From Octopus bimaculoides (Eukaryota), in contig NC_068990.1 in assembly GCF_001194135.2 (NCBI RefSeq), positions 84,249,070 through 84,313,069 on the forward strand: 64,000 bases of DNA. The letters are read 5' to 3'. A model generated the notes under the pieces. The model saw only the letters and a list, made by a program, of their open reading frames with translations. It did not search any database and was not told where the DNA came from. Shown here one piece after another: positions 48,291 through 60,946 of this stretch. A program made the position numbers and the translations under genes. Every line of letters begins with the position of its first letter. Position 1 is the stretch's first letter.

Positions 48291-49830
48291 ATAATTTGAT
48301 TATTAATTGCTTTGTGAATTTTTTTAATGATATCAAATAAACTGAACATACCACATCTGGTTAAATAGTATCCAAATTTTCTGGAGTTAATTAATTAATC
48401 ATATTTTTCTTTGTCACAGTACATCAGAATGAGATAAGGGCTGTCAGTTTATAATCCACCTGCTGTTTGTGCAAATTTTTGTTTTTAATTTTTAGAGTTA
48501 TACCTTTATAAATGACCGACTGCAATACATTATTTATACCTACCGTTGTTGTTGATGTTGTTTTTCTTTAGTCCCAGGTTGGTCAAAGATGTTCAAGTTG
48601 TGATAATTTCATTTTTGTTTAAGATAATCAGATGACCTCATCGGCTTGTGCTTGGTGTTGTTATTGTTTACTGGTCATCTTAAAATAAATCAGAAGTAAC
48701 TGACCAATCAAAACATTTGATCACGTTTTTTTTAGCTGTTGCTTTCCTGTTTCTTTCTTTTCTTTTTTTTTCCATAAAGGTACATGGCCTAGTAGTTATG
48801 TTGTTGAACTCGTGAGCATTAGGTCCTGGGTATTGGTTAGTATATATGTCACTGTAGCATAGCAAAAAGAAACCAACCTAAGTACCAGACTTGGGTACTG
48901 TAGTTGATTTAACTGACTAAAACCTCCAAGGTGATGCTCTATTAGAGCCACAGTCTATTGATTGAAACAAGAGAGTAAAAGCAATCCTGCTATGACCATT
49001 CCATCTATTTTTCAGACAGTTTATTTAGTACTTATTTATTTAAAAACATTTGAGTGAAAATTCCAAGGTTTATATCTTTAAATCATGAATGACCCTCATT
49101 ATTCCATTCTTTTCTTAAATTTTACTTTACATTTATCCAATTCTCATCAAACAGTTTTATGAAGTGACTTAAATTGTTGAAACCCTTTACATTCGAAACA
49201 CCTTAGATTTAGCATTTTATCTCATTTTCAGCAGGAACCAGAATGGTTAAGCAAGCCTAGTTTCTGTACTGCTTTACCCCCTCCCCATCTCTCCCCCTTC
49301 TCCCCTCTCCCTCTTAAAATGGAATATAAATTCATCTGTTGACTGTAAGCTATAATCTATTCCAGCCCAGTCTATAAAGCAGCCTGGAAAATAAATTGAA
49401 ATATTTAAACAAATCTATTTAATTTATTTTCTTAAATATTCTCAGATCAACTACTTCATTTCTAATGGCAAAAACCAATTCTATTTTATCTTCTCTGTTT
49501 CTTTGATATAAATATAATGGAGTGTCTATCCAATCATCAACCTACTTAACCTAGTATGTCCCGAATTATCTACTTTACCATATTATTAATATTTATAGGA
49601 CTAGAGTATGATCCACTGAGTTATTCCCCCAGTGCATCATTGATATATGAGAGCTTAGATAGCCAAATTGACATAGAATCAACCAATGAGCCAAGAGGTT
49701 GGCAGTTCGTGCCTTGGGATCAACAAAGCTTGTGTCCAGTTTCTAGACACTTAACTCGCAATAACCAAATTAACTTTCCTTCATTGTTTAAAGAGGACCA
49801 GCATTCATGAGTTTTCTCAGATGCTCCACA

Positions 49831-50429
49831 TCATCATCATCATCATCGTTTAACGTCCGCTTTCCATGCTAGCATGGGTTGGACGATTTGACTGAGGACT
49901 GGTGAAACCGGATGGCAACACCAGGCTCCAGTCTGATTTGGCAGAGTTTCTACAGCTGGATGCCCTCCCTAACGCCAACCACTCAGAGAGTGTAGTGGGT
50001 GCTTTTACGTGTCACCCGCACGAAAACGGCCACGCTCGAAATGGTGTCTTTTATGTGCCNNNNNNNNNNNNNNNNNNNNNNNNNCATGTGCCACCCGCAC
50101 AAGAACCAGTCCAGGGGCACTGGCAACGATCTTACTTGGCTTGCCGGGTCTTCTCACGCACAGCACATTTCCAAAGGTCTCGGTCCGTAGTCATCGCCTC
50201 GGTGAGGCCCAATGTACGAAGGTCTTGCCTCACCACCTCAGCCCAGGTCTTACTGGGCCTACCTCTTCCACGGGTTCCCTCAACTGTTAGGGTGTGGCAC
50301 TTTTTCACGCAGCTATCCTCCTCCATTCTCACCACATGTCCATACCAGCGCAATCGTCTCTCTTGCACGCCACAACTGATGCTTCTAATGTTCAGCTTTT
50401 CTCTCAAGATACTTACACTCTGACGGGTA
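49831..50429 (-). mobile_element. Young 5'-truncated RTE LINE (ORF2 end, 3' UTR, (GAT)n tail)
   Basis: Open ORF end RRLRWYGHVVRM...GRGRPSKTW...KTRQAK*; 7-bp TSD CTCCACA (49824-49830, 50430-50436). Confidence 0.95.
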
Positions 50430-51057
50430 CTCCACAAATAGTTTATTTTTGATGCAGATAATGTTCAAGCTTAAATATAAATTGATGTTAAGAGGGAGAA
50501 TACAAGGGATTGTTGTTCTGAGAGAAAGGTGATTGGGAAATATTCAGGGTAGAGTTTGAGTGATAAGAGGAAGAGGGGCAGGTGTAATATTTGGGTTTGA
50601 GTTAGGTGAGACATACAACTTGCTGCTTTATAGGAGCAGGAACTGTTGTAGTTATAGGAGAGAGAGAGATAGAGAGAAAAGGTGGGGTGTGTGGGTATGT
50701 CAGTAAGTGAAAGTTTGCCAGTCAGTTGGACAGGCCATTTTGGATGTAGTCCAGAATGTCTGTGTTGTCTAATAGTTAAATTACTCCAGATATATGACCA
50801 ATATTCTAATGTAGGAATCGCAGTTATTATGATTCACCAATGTTAGCCATGCTAGCACTGTAGGTCACTGGTTTTATGTGGGAAAGATTACCTGGTTACT
50901 ATCCAGTCCCAACAATAACAAACCTTTTCTTCATTTTATCTCAATCTCAGCAATACTCTCAAATTTACCCCTCTCCCTCCATCAACAATACCCTAAGAGT
51001 TACCTCATTGCCATAAATACACTAGAACTAACTCTGTCTTATAATATGGACATTCCT

Positions 51058-51271
51058 AAAGCGGCGAGCTGGCAGAAATGTTAGCATGCTGGGCGAAATG
51101 CTTAGCAGTATTTCTTCTGCCTTTACGTTCTGAGTTCAAATTCTGCCGAGGTCAACTTTGCCTTTCATCCTTTCGGGGTCGATAAATTAAGTACCAGTTG
51201 TGTACTGGGGTCGATCTAATCAACTGTCCCCTTCCCCAAAAATTTCGGGCCTTATGCCTCGAGTAGAAAAG
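51058..51271 (+). mobile_element. Full-length tRNA-derived SINE family A
   Basis: A box-like tggcagaaatgttagc, B box gagttcaaattc, perfect 15-bp TSD AATATGGACATTCCT. Confidence 0.95.
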
Positions 51272-51427
51272 AATATGGACATTCCTTGATCTTAATTACA
51301 ATTTGACTGGATTACATGAAATGTTTGAATGAACTATAGTGTATTATTTGTATATAAACCTGTCATTTAACATATTTATTTTGTTTTACTTGGCAATGTC
51401 TTAAAGTCATTTTCTTATTTCAAACAG

Positions 51428-51524
51428 GGTATGAATTTTGTAGCTGGTTTGTTGCTTATAACTGTGAAAAATCAAGAAAAAGTCTTCTGGTTAATGGACA
51501 CTTTAATGAATGAGATTTTACCAG
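51428..51524 (+). CDS. GRTP1: GRTP1-like exon: GMNFVAGLLLITVKNQEKVFWLMDTLMNEILP
   Basis: tttcaaacag| ... |gttggt; 97 nt, phase 0 to 1; completes YCQGMNF. Confidence 0.96.
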
Positions 51525-52183
51525 GTTGGTTCACGTTTCTGAGATTTTTTTAACAACATAAGAATGATAACAATAATCTTATTTTTCTGTCAGAAATGGA
51601 AGAGTTCTAGATTAAATAAATGTTTAATAGTATTTTATCTCATTTCTGAAAGCTGTAGAGACATAGCCATGTGTTTAAGCAGTTTTTTTTCAAAACTATG
51701 TGGACTCCTGTTTGATTACACTACATGACTCTTTGGGCAAAGGTTTTCATTGTAGCCTTAGGTTGACCAATACTTTGTGAATGAAATTTGGTTGACAGAA
51801 ACTGTGCAGAAACTGCTTGTGTGTGTGTGTGTGTGTATGTATGTGTGAGTAAACAGCTGCTTCTATTTGACGTAGTGTGGATGGTTGCTGGGATATGATT
51901 TTGTGATACAAAAACACATGTTATCACAGATCAATCCATGATAAGCATAACATGGTTCACAGTAGAGCATATCATGTTATCCCAGGTCAGTGATAAATGA
52001 ATCAATGATAAACAAGGTCACATGTATAATTGAATAATTGATTATATTGACATAATACTTGACTGGCATTAATTTCATTGAAATATAAAATTCTAAGTTT
52101 TTTAACATAGAAATTAATGGAATATAGTTGTTCTGTTCTGTTTTAGTTTTTTGAAAATATTTTCTCTTTGTCTTCTGTTGTAG

Positions 52184-52247
52184 ATTTTTATAATCCTGAC
52201 ATGAAAGCACTTAAAGCTGAGCAGGAGTTGTTGGGACAAATTGTGAG
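52184..52247 (+). CDS. GRTP1: GRTP1-like exon: (D)FYNPDMKALKAEQELLGQIV
   Basis: tctgttgtag| ... |gttcgt; 64 nt, phase 1 to 2; resembles GRTP1 DYYSPAMLGLKTDQEVLGELV. Confidence 0.93.
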
Positions 52248-52613
52248 GTTCGTCTGTTTAATCTTTTACCATTATTAATTACTTTAAACATGTCACAAGC
52301 CAATGAGGGAGCGTTTGTATGGTTGCTTGATCAGTTAGAAATAGTGGCCAAATCTCCTTCAGGTAACAATGTATTGTTTTAAAACTGGCAGGACATATTG
52401 AATAAGGTAATCCAGATATACTATGTTTCAAAATGAAAGACAGGGTAGTCGTGGATGATATACATTCAATCATAGAACTGCTTAAGTGGAGCTAATAACC
52501 CTTGATTACTCATGAAAATTGCAAAAGTAAAATTTGAATTTAGAATGCAGAGAACTTGAACAAACATTACCAGACCTACCAGGTAATATTTTAGCAATTC
52601 TACTAGTTCACTG

Positions 52614-52655
<42 letters not shown>

Positions 52656-53468
52656 CTGTGTGCCTGTGTGTCATTGACTTGTGACTCTCGTTTGCATTTA
52701 GAAAACTGATAGTATGCAAGCTCAATAAAAAAAAACAATTATTCTGCAGCACGCTTTCAAGCATATCTATATCAAGGGACATAACTCTTAACCAAGGGAA
52801 ATAACTCGTTCAGAAAAAATAGTTTTTCTTTAGACAGCAGGAAAAAGTTAGTTAAAGTAATTTATGCAGTGAAGATGAAAGAAAGTAGAAATAATGTAAA
52901 TAGTTTATTTATATGAAGAATAAATTAATTCAATGAATAAAGTTAGTTAAGTTTTTCTTTTGTGAAACAAAAAGTTACCAATCTGTGGCTCAACATTGAA
53001 AAGCTATGGGAATGTCTTGACCGTTCAACTTAGAAAATGATTGAAAACAACAAATGAATGAAAGAATAAACAGAATTAAAAAAATTAAAAAAAGATACGG
53101 CAATAAAAAATACTTCTCACTCACTTTCAGCATTTTGCTAAATGTTTTTATCGTATAACTAAATGGTGTAACAACTATATAATTAGTTTTACATCGTTGT
53201 AACCGAAGTAACAGCAATATAACAGTTGTTACTGTTATATAACTGGCACAATAGTTACGTAATTGGTGTTACATTTATAGTTATAGTTTGATATATAAGT
53301 GGTGTAACAGTTAAATGTGTTATGTGACGGATGTATAACTTGTCTATTATATTCCTAAGTATAATGTAGGTATCCTATTTTGTAATAGGCTAATTTTTGA
53401 ATAGATAAATAAAATTTTTTTAAATAAAAGCAGAGAAACACTGTTTTTCTCATGAGATCAGTCTAATG

Positions 53469-53820
53469 CAGGGGTTCTCAACTATTTTTTTTTTATCCAT
53501 GGACCCCTTTGATTACTGTTTTATTCTGGTGGATCCCCATAGCCATTCAATGTTTAAAAATTAGTTTTATAGAAACTTCTTTCAAAATTCCTGTTTTGTT
53601 TTCCACACATTAACTTGTGTAGGTTGAATTATGTAAAATGTTAGAGAAAGAAACCAAGCTATTTCTTGCAATACGTACCAGTATATACATCTAAAGCAAA
53701 ATTTTTTCAGGGGCCCTTAAAATACTATTCTGGATCCCCAACTTACTATTTTATTGTGTGGACTCCCAAAATCATATATGGACCCACAGGGGCCATATGG
53801 ACCCCAGTTGAGAACCACTG
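53469..53820. mobile_element. hAT MITE family 2, full length
   Basis: CAGGGGTTCTCAAC...GTTGAGAACCACTG; imperfect TSD GTCTAATG/ATGTAATG. Confidence 0.88.
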
Positions 53821-54665
53821 ATGTAATGCATGCCTGATACTTATTCTATAAATGACTGGGGAATGAAATGTAAAGTTGATCCTGGTAGTATTTGAATACA
53901 TAAGATAGAGGTACCCAACACAATCACTAAATACGGTAAGGCATTTTAATATAGTGCATTACTCTTTTTTGCAACCACTGTCTTTGGGATTTGAACTCAA
54001 AATATAGAAGAATGAAAGCAAATATTGTAGGAGATTCTAGTTTGTCGTTCCACTAATCACTTCTCTACCAAATCCATCTCAGTATATCACTGGTATTTAT
54101 TTTATTAATCCTAAGGAATACGAAGTAAACTTTGTCCTGATATGATTTGAACTCTGAATGTGGAGATCTATAAGTAAGGTATTTTAGTTTATGATTCTGA
54201 TTTTTTTCTCATTCCTTCACCCCGTAATAATTGATGTTTGCTTAGTTTACTACAGGGGATATAAAAATACTTTTTCTAGCATTTAGCATTTTTTTCTAAT
54301 TTTTTTTATTCTGTGGTAATAATTTTTTTAACATAAACATAAAACTAGAAATTTCAGTAGAAGTCATTTTCAATTTCATTGACTTTTGTATTTGTCTGGC
54401 CAATAAAGGATTCTTTATGTGCTCCCTCTACCTGCACGAAATAGAAGACAAATCTCCACAGAATCACATCGTATCATCTTAAAAAGGGAAAGGTCACTTT
54501 AGATAATGTGGACCTAGATACACTATGTTTGAAAAAGTGTGGTGATTACAGCTGGAACCTCATTGGTCTGTTTGATCAGAACTGAATTGGCACTGATTAA
54601 CAATAAACATAGCAGCTACAGCTCACCTCCATATGACTAAATAACTTTTCTTTTTTTTTTTCTAG

Positions 54666-54774
54666 TTGGAAATTACCAGAAGTTCACAGACATCTTGTAT
54701 CATTGGGTGTTCCCTGGATGCTTATTGGAACTAAGTGGTTCATTTGTATGTATGCAGATGTTGCCCCAGTTGAG
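54666..54774 (+). CDS. GRTP1: GRTP1-like exon: (S)WKLPEVHRHLVSLGVPWMLIGTKWFICMYADVAPVE
   Basis: tttttctag| ... |gtgaga; 109 nt, phase 2 to 0; WFIC motif. Confidence 0.95.
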
Positions 54775-55910
54775 GTGAGAAAATATTTTTGGTGGCTTCC
54801 CCTCATCTTCCTATTTTTTTTATGTAAATATGCAAACATTGAAATGTTAGATGTGTGACCAGTCAAGTTCATCAAATGTTATCTCATCACCTGACACAGG
54901 TATTCCTGCTCCTTGACAAACATGTTCAACTCAACATCCATGTCCCCTTCCTGGCAAAACAGGATCTTATAATTTTCTCCATGTCATGCTTCTCCTAATT
55001 ACAATTGAAACTATTATTCCATGTCACTGGAAATTGCCTTTTTGATTCACTTGAGTTACCTTTCTGCAAACAACGATAACTTAAGTTAATTTTTCTGCAG
55101 GTTTTCTTACTATTACAGTTGGGGTCTCATAAGATTTTTTTTATTTCACACCAAAATTTCAAAAAGTATTTAATGTGCGACTTATTAACCACTTCAGTTG
55201 AGCACATTAAGTCTATATAACTTTAAATAGGTACCATGATGAAGTGCAGTTCAGTGTTAGTTGTATAATTGTCAACTATTTTATTAGCTTGTAGTAATGA
55301 ATGGAAATCTTCCACTGGGCTTAGAAAAAACAGTATCATTTTTTAATTAGGAGGAACAGTTGATTGAATTAGTCTCTGTACTTGACTGATACTTATTTAA
55401 TGTCTCCAGAAGGAGGAAAAGTAAAGTTGTCATAGGTTGGGTTCAATTTCAGTAAGTAAATACCACAAGGTATTGTGCCTGGTCCCATAATGATTCTGTC
55501 AATCTACCATTCTAAAACTGGCAATATTGTGCCATTCTCATGCATCCTCTCTTGAGATATTCTATGGGAGTGGGCTCTTCATTGATATTCCCAACATCAC
55601 ATTAGATTTCTGGATACCAGGGGTACAGTAATGTTGGGACAAATATAATAAGGTAATATGAGCTAGTAGGAGGTACTTCTACTCAACCATTTGACTGTGT
55701 AGAGCAGCATTTCTCAACCGGGGTTCCCCAGAGCCCTAGGGTTTCACAAAAGATTCCTAGGGATTCCGCGAGAAAGAGTGAGATAAGCTAATGCTAATTT
55801 CATGATCATTGTAATATTACTATACATGCACAACGTATTATTGGTTATTGTAATATCATAATATAGACATCATCCTATCTAACCTATTATGTTATCAAAA
55901 AATATAACAA

Positions 55911-55941
<31 letters not shown>

Positions 55942-55944
<3 letters not shown>

Positions 55945-56083
55945 TCATCATCATCATCATCGTCGTTGTTTAACGTCCGCTTTCCATGCTAGCATGGGTT
56001 GGACGATTTGACTGAGGACTGGTGGACCAGGAGGCGACACCAGGCTCCAATCTGATTTGGCAGAGTTTCTACAGCTGGATGCC
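55942..56083 (-). mobile_element. RTE LINE 3' tail nested in hAT MITE
   Basis: Family match, ends at an N gap. Confidence 0.88.
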
Positions 56084-56265
56084 NNNNNNNNNNATATATA
56101 TATATATATATATAAAACTTACTTGGAAAAGGATGCATGGCATTCGATCATATAATAGTATAAACAATATATAAATATATGCATATAACCATACATATAT
56201 GTACATACCTACGTATATATGTATATATACATGCATATATGGGTACAGGACATTAAAAAAATTAA

Positions 56266-56353
56266 GGGATCAGCAAACATTTGCTTCACCACATACCGAA
56301 GTTCAGAAATAGCAGCTAAAAAAGCTGAGGCTCCAACAGTGTTTGCTGATCCC
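56266..56353. mobile_element. 88-bp mini-MITE with TTAA TSD and GG termini (Kolobok-like)
   Basis: TTAA|GGGATCAGCAAACA...TGTTTGCTGATCCC|TTAA, perfect inverted repeat. Confidence 0.65.
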
Positions 56354-57051
56354 TTAATTATGTTTATAAATGTATAAGAACTTTTAAATAAGTTCTCCAC
56401 CGATAATGGTGTTTACATACCGAAGGGCTTGGTAAAAATTATTAATTGTTGATTTATTAATAAATTAATAAATTGATAAACCTTTACCCTTTTAATTGTA
56501 TATTTATTTATTTACCACGTGAACTACAATGAAAAAGATATGAGTAAGATATGGCATATAATTTCTTATGTGCAGGGGTTCTGTGAAACATGTAATTAAT
56601 CTTAAGGGTTGCATAAGGGTAAAAAGGTTGAGAAACACTGGTGTAGAGGCACACAAGTTTTTACTTAGAATTACTGCCTTCCTAGATAGTTTACAAGTGG
56701 TTCAGCTTGTTGAGCCCATATCTCCTTCATTTGTTTCTTTTTTAGGAAAGTGGTTATACACCATTAGGTGTATACCTGCTTCCGTACATTAAATTCTGAA
56801 GAAACAACGGAACGCAGATTCTGAACTATCAACACAACAATATTTATTTACAGAGGAAATAGGCAGCACTTTGCCCTTTGGTTGCTGAGACGCCGTCAAT
56901 GATGTTGGTTGGTTATTTGTCTAGCTCCAGAGTTGGAATGTTGGAAAGAGCTGTCTCCAGAGTTGGAATGTTGGAGAGACTGCTTGATACGTCCAGGCTC
57001 ATGGCTGGCCGGCCGAGAAAGAGAATGAATAAGGGTGTGAAACTTGGATGT

Positions 57052-57153
57052 CCAATCACCAAGCATGCGCATGAGACTCTTCCCGTGTTCCTTCCGGAAC
57101 TAGTCCCTGCGCATGCGTGGATAAGCTTACCGGAAATGTTGTCTGCTATAAAG
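57052..57153 (+). promoter_or_regulatory. Compact promoter-like motif cluster (CCAAT, two NRF1-like, two ETS-like, TATA)
   Basis: CCAAT 57052; GCATGCGCATG 57063; TTCCGGAA 57092; TGCGCATGCGT 57108; ACCGGAAATG 57129; TATAAAG 57147. Confidence 0.45.
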
Positions 57154-57285
57154 GCGTTACTACACTTTCTTTGTGAAACTTTTTCAGAATTGTGAACTTT
57201 ATATTATTTTTGTTGGGTGTTGTCCTCTCACTCTCACACTTATTCACTCCTTTCTTTACTATCCCTCTTGTTTTTGTTTTTGCAG

Positions 57286-57471
57286 ACTGTTTTACGCATT
57301 TGGGATGCCTTGTTTTATGAAGGTTCCAAGATCCTACTGCGAGTTGCTTTCACTTTGATCTCAATGAACAGCGATAAAATTCTGGCCTGTAAAGATTTTC
57401 CTGAAGCTGTTCACATAATTCAGAGTTCAGTAAAAAACCCTTTGGTGAAACATTGTCATAGTTTCATGGAG
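57286..57471 (+). CDS. GRTP1: GRTP1-like exon: TVLRIWDALFYEGSKILLRVAFTLI...CHSFME
   Basis: tttttgcag| ... |gtaagc; 186 nt, phase 0 to 0; RIWD..FYEG motif. Confidence 0.97.
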
Positions 57472-58054
57472 GTAAGCATCTTCTCCCTCACCTTCACCCT
57501 TACTCTTGTCATCGTCTTGCTTGTTGACGTCATTGTCATCATCACCATTGCTGATATAAGATGGATGAGCTCGCTATGTGATTTACAACCTCTTCCATGT
57601 TACTTGTCCAACTTCTTCTGTGAAGTCCAGTGTTATCAGCTTTGCCCTGACTGCAGTTGCTATTCATTAGAGATGCCATCCAGAAATAGTTGAGAGTATC
57701 TTAGTAGCGTTAGTAGAAGGCAATTTAAAGCATTTAAGAAAATATAAAAATAAATGGATTATGAAGGCCTGAAAACATTGTGTTTCAAAAAAAAAATGGA
57801 GATTGTCACCGCTGGAATGTCTATGATCAAAGATCTTTGACTAAACAACACCCACACCCACATGCACACTAATATGTGCATGTACATATATGTACATGCA
57901 TGTACATACACACTCATATATTTGGCTAGTTCTATATGATGTATTACAATTTTATTTTTTTTACCCCAATTAAGAAATGCATTTTTATTATAATTGTAAA
58001 AATATTTTTTTTCATCTTTACTTACGTCTTTTTTTTCCTTTTCTTCATTTCCAG

Positions 58055-58135
58055 TTAATTTTCAAAGAAACAGGATCATTTCCTCGCAATGAAATCACAA
58101 AGATGAGAAAAAGTTGTATTGAGAAAATAACATAG
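58055..58135 (+). CDS. GRTP1: GRTP1-like last coding exon: LIFKETGSFPRNEITKMRKSCIEKIT*
   Basis: ttcatttccag| acceptor, in-frame TAG at 58133-58135; resembles the GRTP1 C-terminus (KIFSEPGSL...LRESC). Confidence 0.92.
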   Translation, partial: LIFKETGSFPRNEITKMRKSCIEKIT

Positions 58136-58461
58136 CACAAATCACAAATTCCATATGGTCTACAATGGTTGTTAAAAATATTTATCTGGTTCAGAGATCC
58201 TTGAAAAATATTGAGAGAATGCTAAGAGAGTATTCTCGACTCCTTATTTGTAACTCTTCCTAAATTTACTCTTTCCACAGAGTCCTTTTTCTCTAAACCA
58301 ATTTTGTTTTTTATTGGCAAAATTTGAAAAAAAAAAACATTTAACACCTTCCTTGAAACCCCCCCCCCCAAAAAAAAACATAGAATGTATTATTTATTTT
58401 ATTCTATTCCATCTTTATTTTTGTTATTCACCTCTTACCCAAAACAGTCTTTCCTTTTGAT

Positions 58462-58467
58462 AATAAA
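58462..58467 (+). promoter_or_regulatory. Candidate polyadenylation signal (AATAAA) for GRTP1-like gene
   Basis: First AATAAA noticed after the stop codon; no transcript evidence. Confidence 0.3.
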
Positions 58468-58504
58468 CCCAACCACAACCAGTGTCTTTATTTCTCACAA
58501 AAGT

Positions 58505-58538
<34 letters not shown>

Positions 58539-59804
58539 TTTGTGTTGTGTTGTGTATGTGAGGGAGATTGTTTCTATAAAATATTTTGGTTTATTTAAAT
58601 CTACAATTTAAAGGGAACAATCCAGAAACTTTCCTTAATTTTTTCTCATTAGTTGCACAATTTAAAAGAAATATTTTTTTCCTTTTACTTATCTTGAGCA
58701 AGTTAATTAGTTGCTCTTAATATATATTGTCTTGGGGCTCATTTTACTTTGCAAAACTGTGAGTATCTCTCACACTGAGGTATCGCTCACTGATGCCAGA
58801 AGCAGGAGCATTCTATGCGAGAATGCAAGCAATAGAAGCACTCAGTGAGGAAGACTCTACACAGTCACTTCTTCTGCTAGAAATAGCAGCCAAATATTTT
58901 TCAAACATCTTTTTTAAAAAAAATAGTGGACACATTGAATACAGGTACAACATTGATTTTCCAGAACTTTTGGTTCCAAAACCTTTCCAGATGACTGCTT
59001 TTTCCAAAGCAGGAGTGGTCACCTCTAAATTAAAAAATAGAATATTAAATTTACTTAAATGATTAAATGAGATACTGCTACATGTATGTTAGTATAAATG
59101 ATACAAGTTTGTTAATACTGTGCTTGACAAGGTACTGTGAAACAGGAACAATCAGTATACTAGTCTGGTGGCAGCAAGAATTTGAAGTTCCTGCTCAGAA
59201 ATTTATGCGGGTTTAGAGAGGTTCCAAATTATTATAGTCTTGAAAGTCAGTGCTGTACCTCGAAACACTATTCTTAAAAACAAGACAAGACAGGGTATAG
59301 TTGGAATGCCTTTGAAAATAGGTTGTTCTGGGATGATATGGGGTTCTATAATTAAGGAATGTGTTATCAACTTGCTATGCTGAGTTTGAAGCTTTCCTGC
59401 AGGTCTGGGCCTTAACAGAAGTACTTTTAATACAGCTTGGTTCAGCCAATTTGAGATAAAAAAACGCACCTATTTCTGAGTAACAGATTTTGATATAATG
59501 ATTGCAAGAAGTCATTGATTAAAGGTGTTCCTGAATTTGAAATGAAATATTATAGCATGATGAATAATCAGTTGTTTTCCCAAAAGTAAAAAGAACATTT
59601 GCCATTTATAAATTTATTAACATTTTCCTCCCAACTCTGTTATTTATTCGTCTATAAACTTTTCCTTTTCAAAACACTTCTTTTTGTATTCACTATTTGT
59701 CAGCCTTTATCAGTTATTTATGAAAATGTTTACATACATGTATACATATTTATGTGTGTGTGTGTGTGTGTTTATGTGTGTCAACATGTGTACATGTGAA
59801 GCTT

Positions 59805-60156
59805 GTTTCCCAACCACACTGTTCTAGTTCAGTCCCACAGTGTGGAACCTTGGGCAAGTGTCGTCTACTATAGCCTCAGGCTGAACAAGGCCTTGTGAGT
59901 AGATTTGGTAGATGGAAACTGAAAGAAGCCCATTGTATATGTATGCGTGTGTCTGTGTGTGCGTTTGTTCTTCTTACTGCTTGACAACAGTTGTTGGTGT
60001 GTTTACACACCCATAACTTAGCGGTTTGGCAAAAGAGACCAATAGAATAAATACCAAGCTTAAAAAAATAAAAGTCATGGGTTTGATTCATTCAACTAAA
60101 ATTTTTCAAGGTGGCGCTCCTGCATAGCTGCAGTCTAATGAATGAAATGAGTAAAA
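59805..60156 (+). mobile_element. SINE family B, degenerate
   Basis: Family match. Confidence 0.82.
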
Positions 60157-60158
60157 GA

Positions 60159-60192
<34 letters not shown>

Positions 60193-60251
60193 GATTATAC
60201 ACGAACTCACAGGCACATGTGCATACAGATGTGTGTGCGTGCACACACACA

Positions 60252-60464
60252 CAGGGTGTTTATAAATTATCATTACAACTTTTACAATTTATTGTATCAC
60301 CAGGGTGTGTTGCATGCAACAAATGGTGCCTGCATGGATTTGTTCTGATGTTTCTAAAACAAAACTTTATTTGTTTTCCAATAAACTCTCTTGAGTTATC
60401 CTTATTTTCTGTCTTTTTTTTTTTCTGAATTGTTCGACTGTAAAGGTAAATCATGGACACCCTG
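60252..60464. mobile_element. Possible Tc1/mariner-derived MITE
   Basis: CAGGGTGT...ACACCCTG termini with imperfect internal TIR similarity. Confidence 0.45.
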
Positions 60465-60579
60465 TGTGTGTGTGTATAAATATACATGTACTTACGTACA
60501 TAAATATTATGTGTATATTTGAAATAAATTACAGAAAGCAAGTGAATATTATTTCAAAAATTTCATGAGACAAGTTTCA

Positions 60580-60722
60580 ATAACTGGTACTTAATTTATC
60601 GACCCCGAAAGGATGAAAGGCAAAGTCGACCCCAGCGGAATTTGAACTCAGAACGTAACGGCAGACGAAATACCATTAAGCATTTCGCCTGTGCGCTAAC
60701 GTTTCTGCCAGCTCGCTGCCTT
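60580..60722 (-). mobile_element. SINE family A, 5' two-thirds
   Basis: Close match to the 51058 copy. Confidence 0.9.
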
Positions 60723-60946
60723 GGATCAGGTGCTGGCATTATATTGGGCAGTGTGTTACACTTAGCATTGAAGATCAAGTAAGGTGCTAAACTGGGCAGT
60801 GTGTTATACCTAGCACCCAAGTACTAGGTGGTTGCTTGGTGAAGTGTCCATTGCATGCCAGCATGGAAAGATGTAAAACGATTATGACGGTCACACACAC
60901 ACACACACACAGACATAGACACACTTACACACACACATATAATGAA

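Larger units (their letters stand above)
55705..56640. mobile_element. hAT MITE family 1 (reverse of the 29460 copy) carrying nested insertions
   Basis: TIR CAGCATTTCTCAACC / GGTTGAGAAACACTG; perfect TSD GTGTAGAG. Confidence 0.9.

Noticed and set aside
57217-57693. 158-aa standalone ORF
   Set aside because: It is the 186-nt GRTP1 exon read through into flanking intron.
58793-59469. ORFs downstream of GRTP1 (89, 69 and 88 aa) as a separate gene
   Set aside because: No recognisable domain or consistent splice pattern; likely 3' UTR or intergenic.
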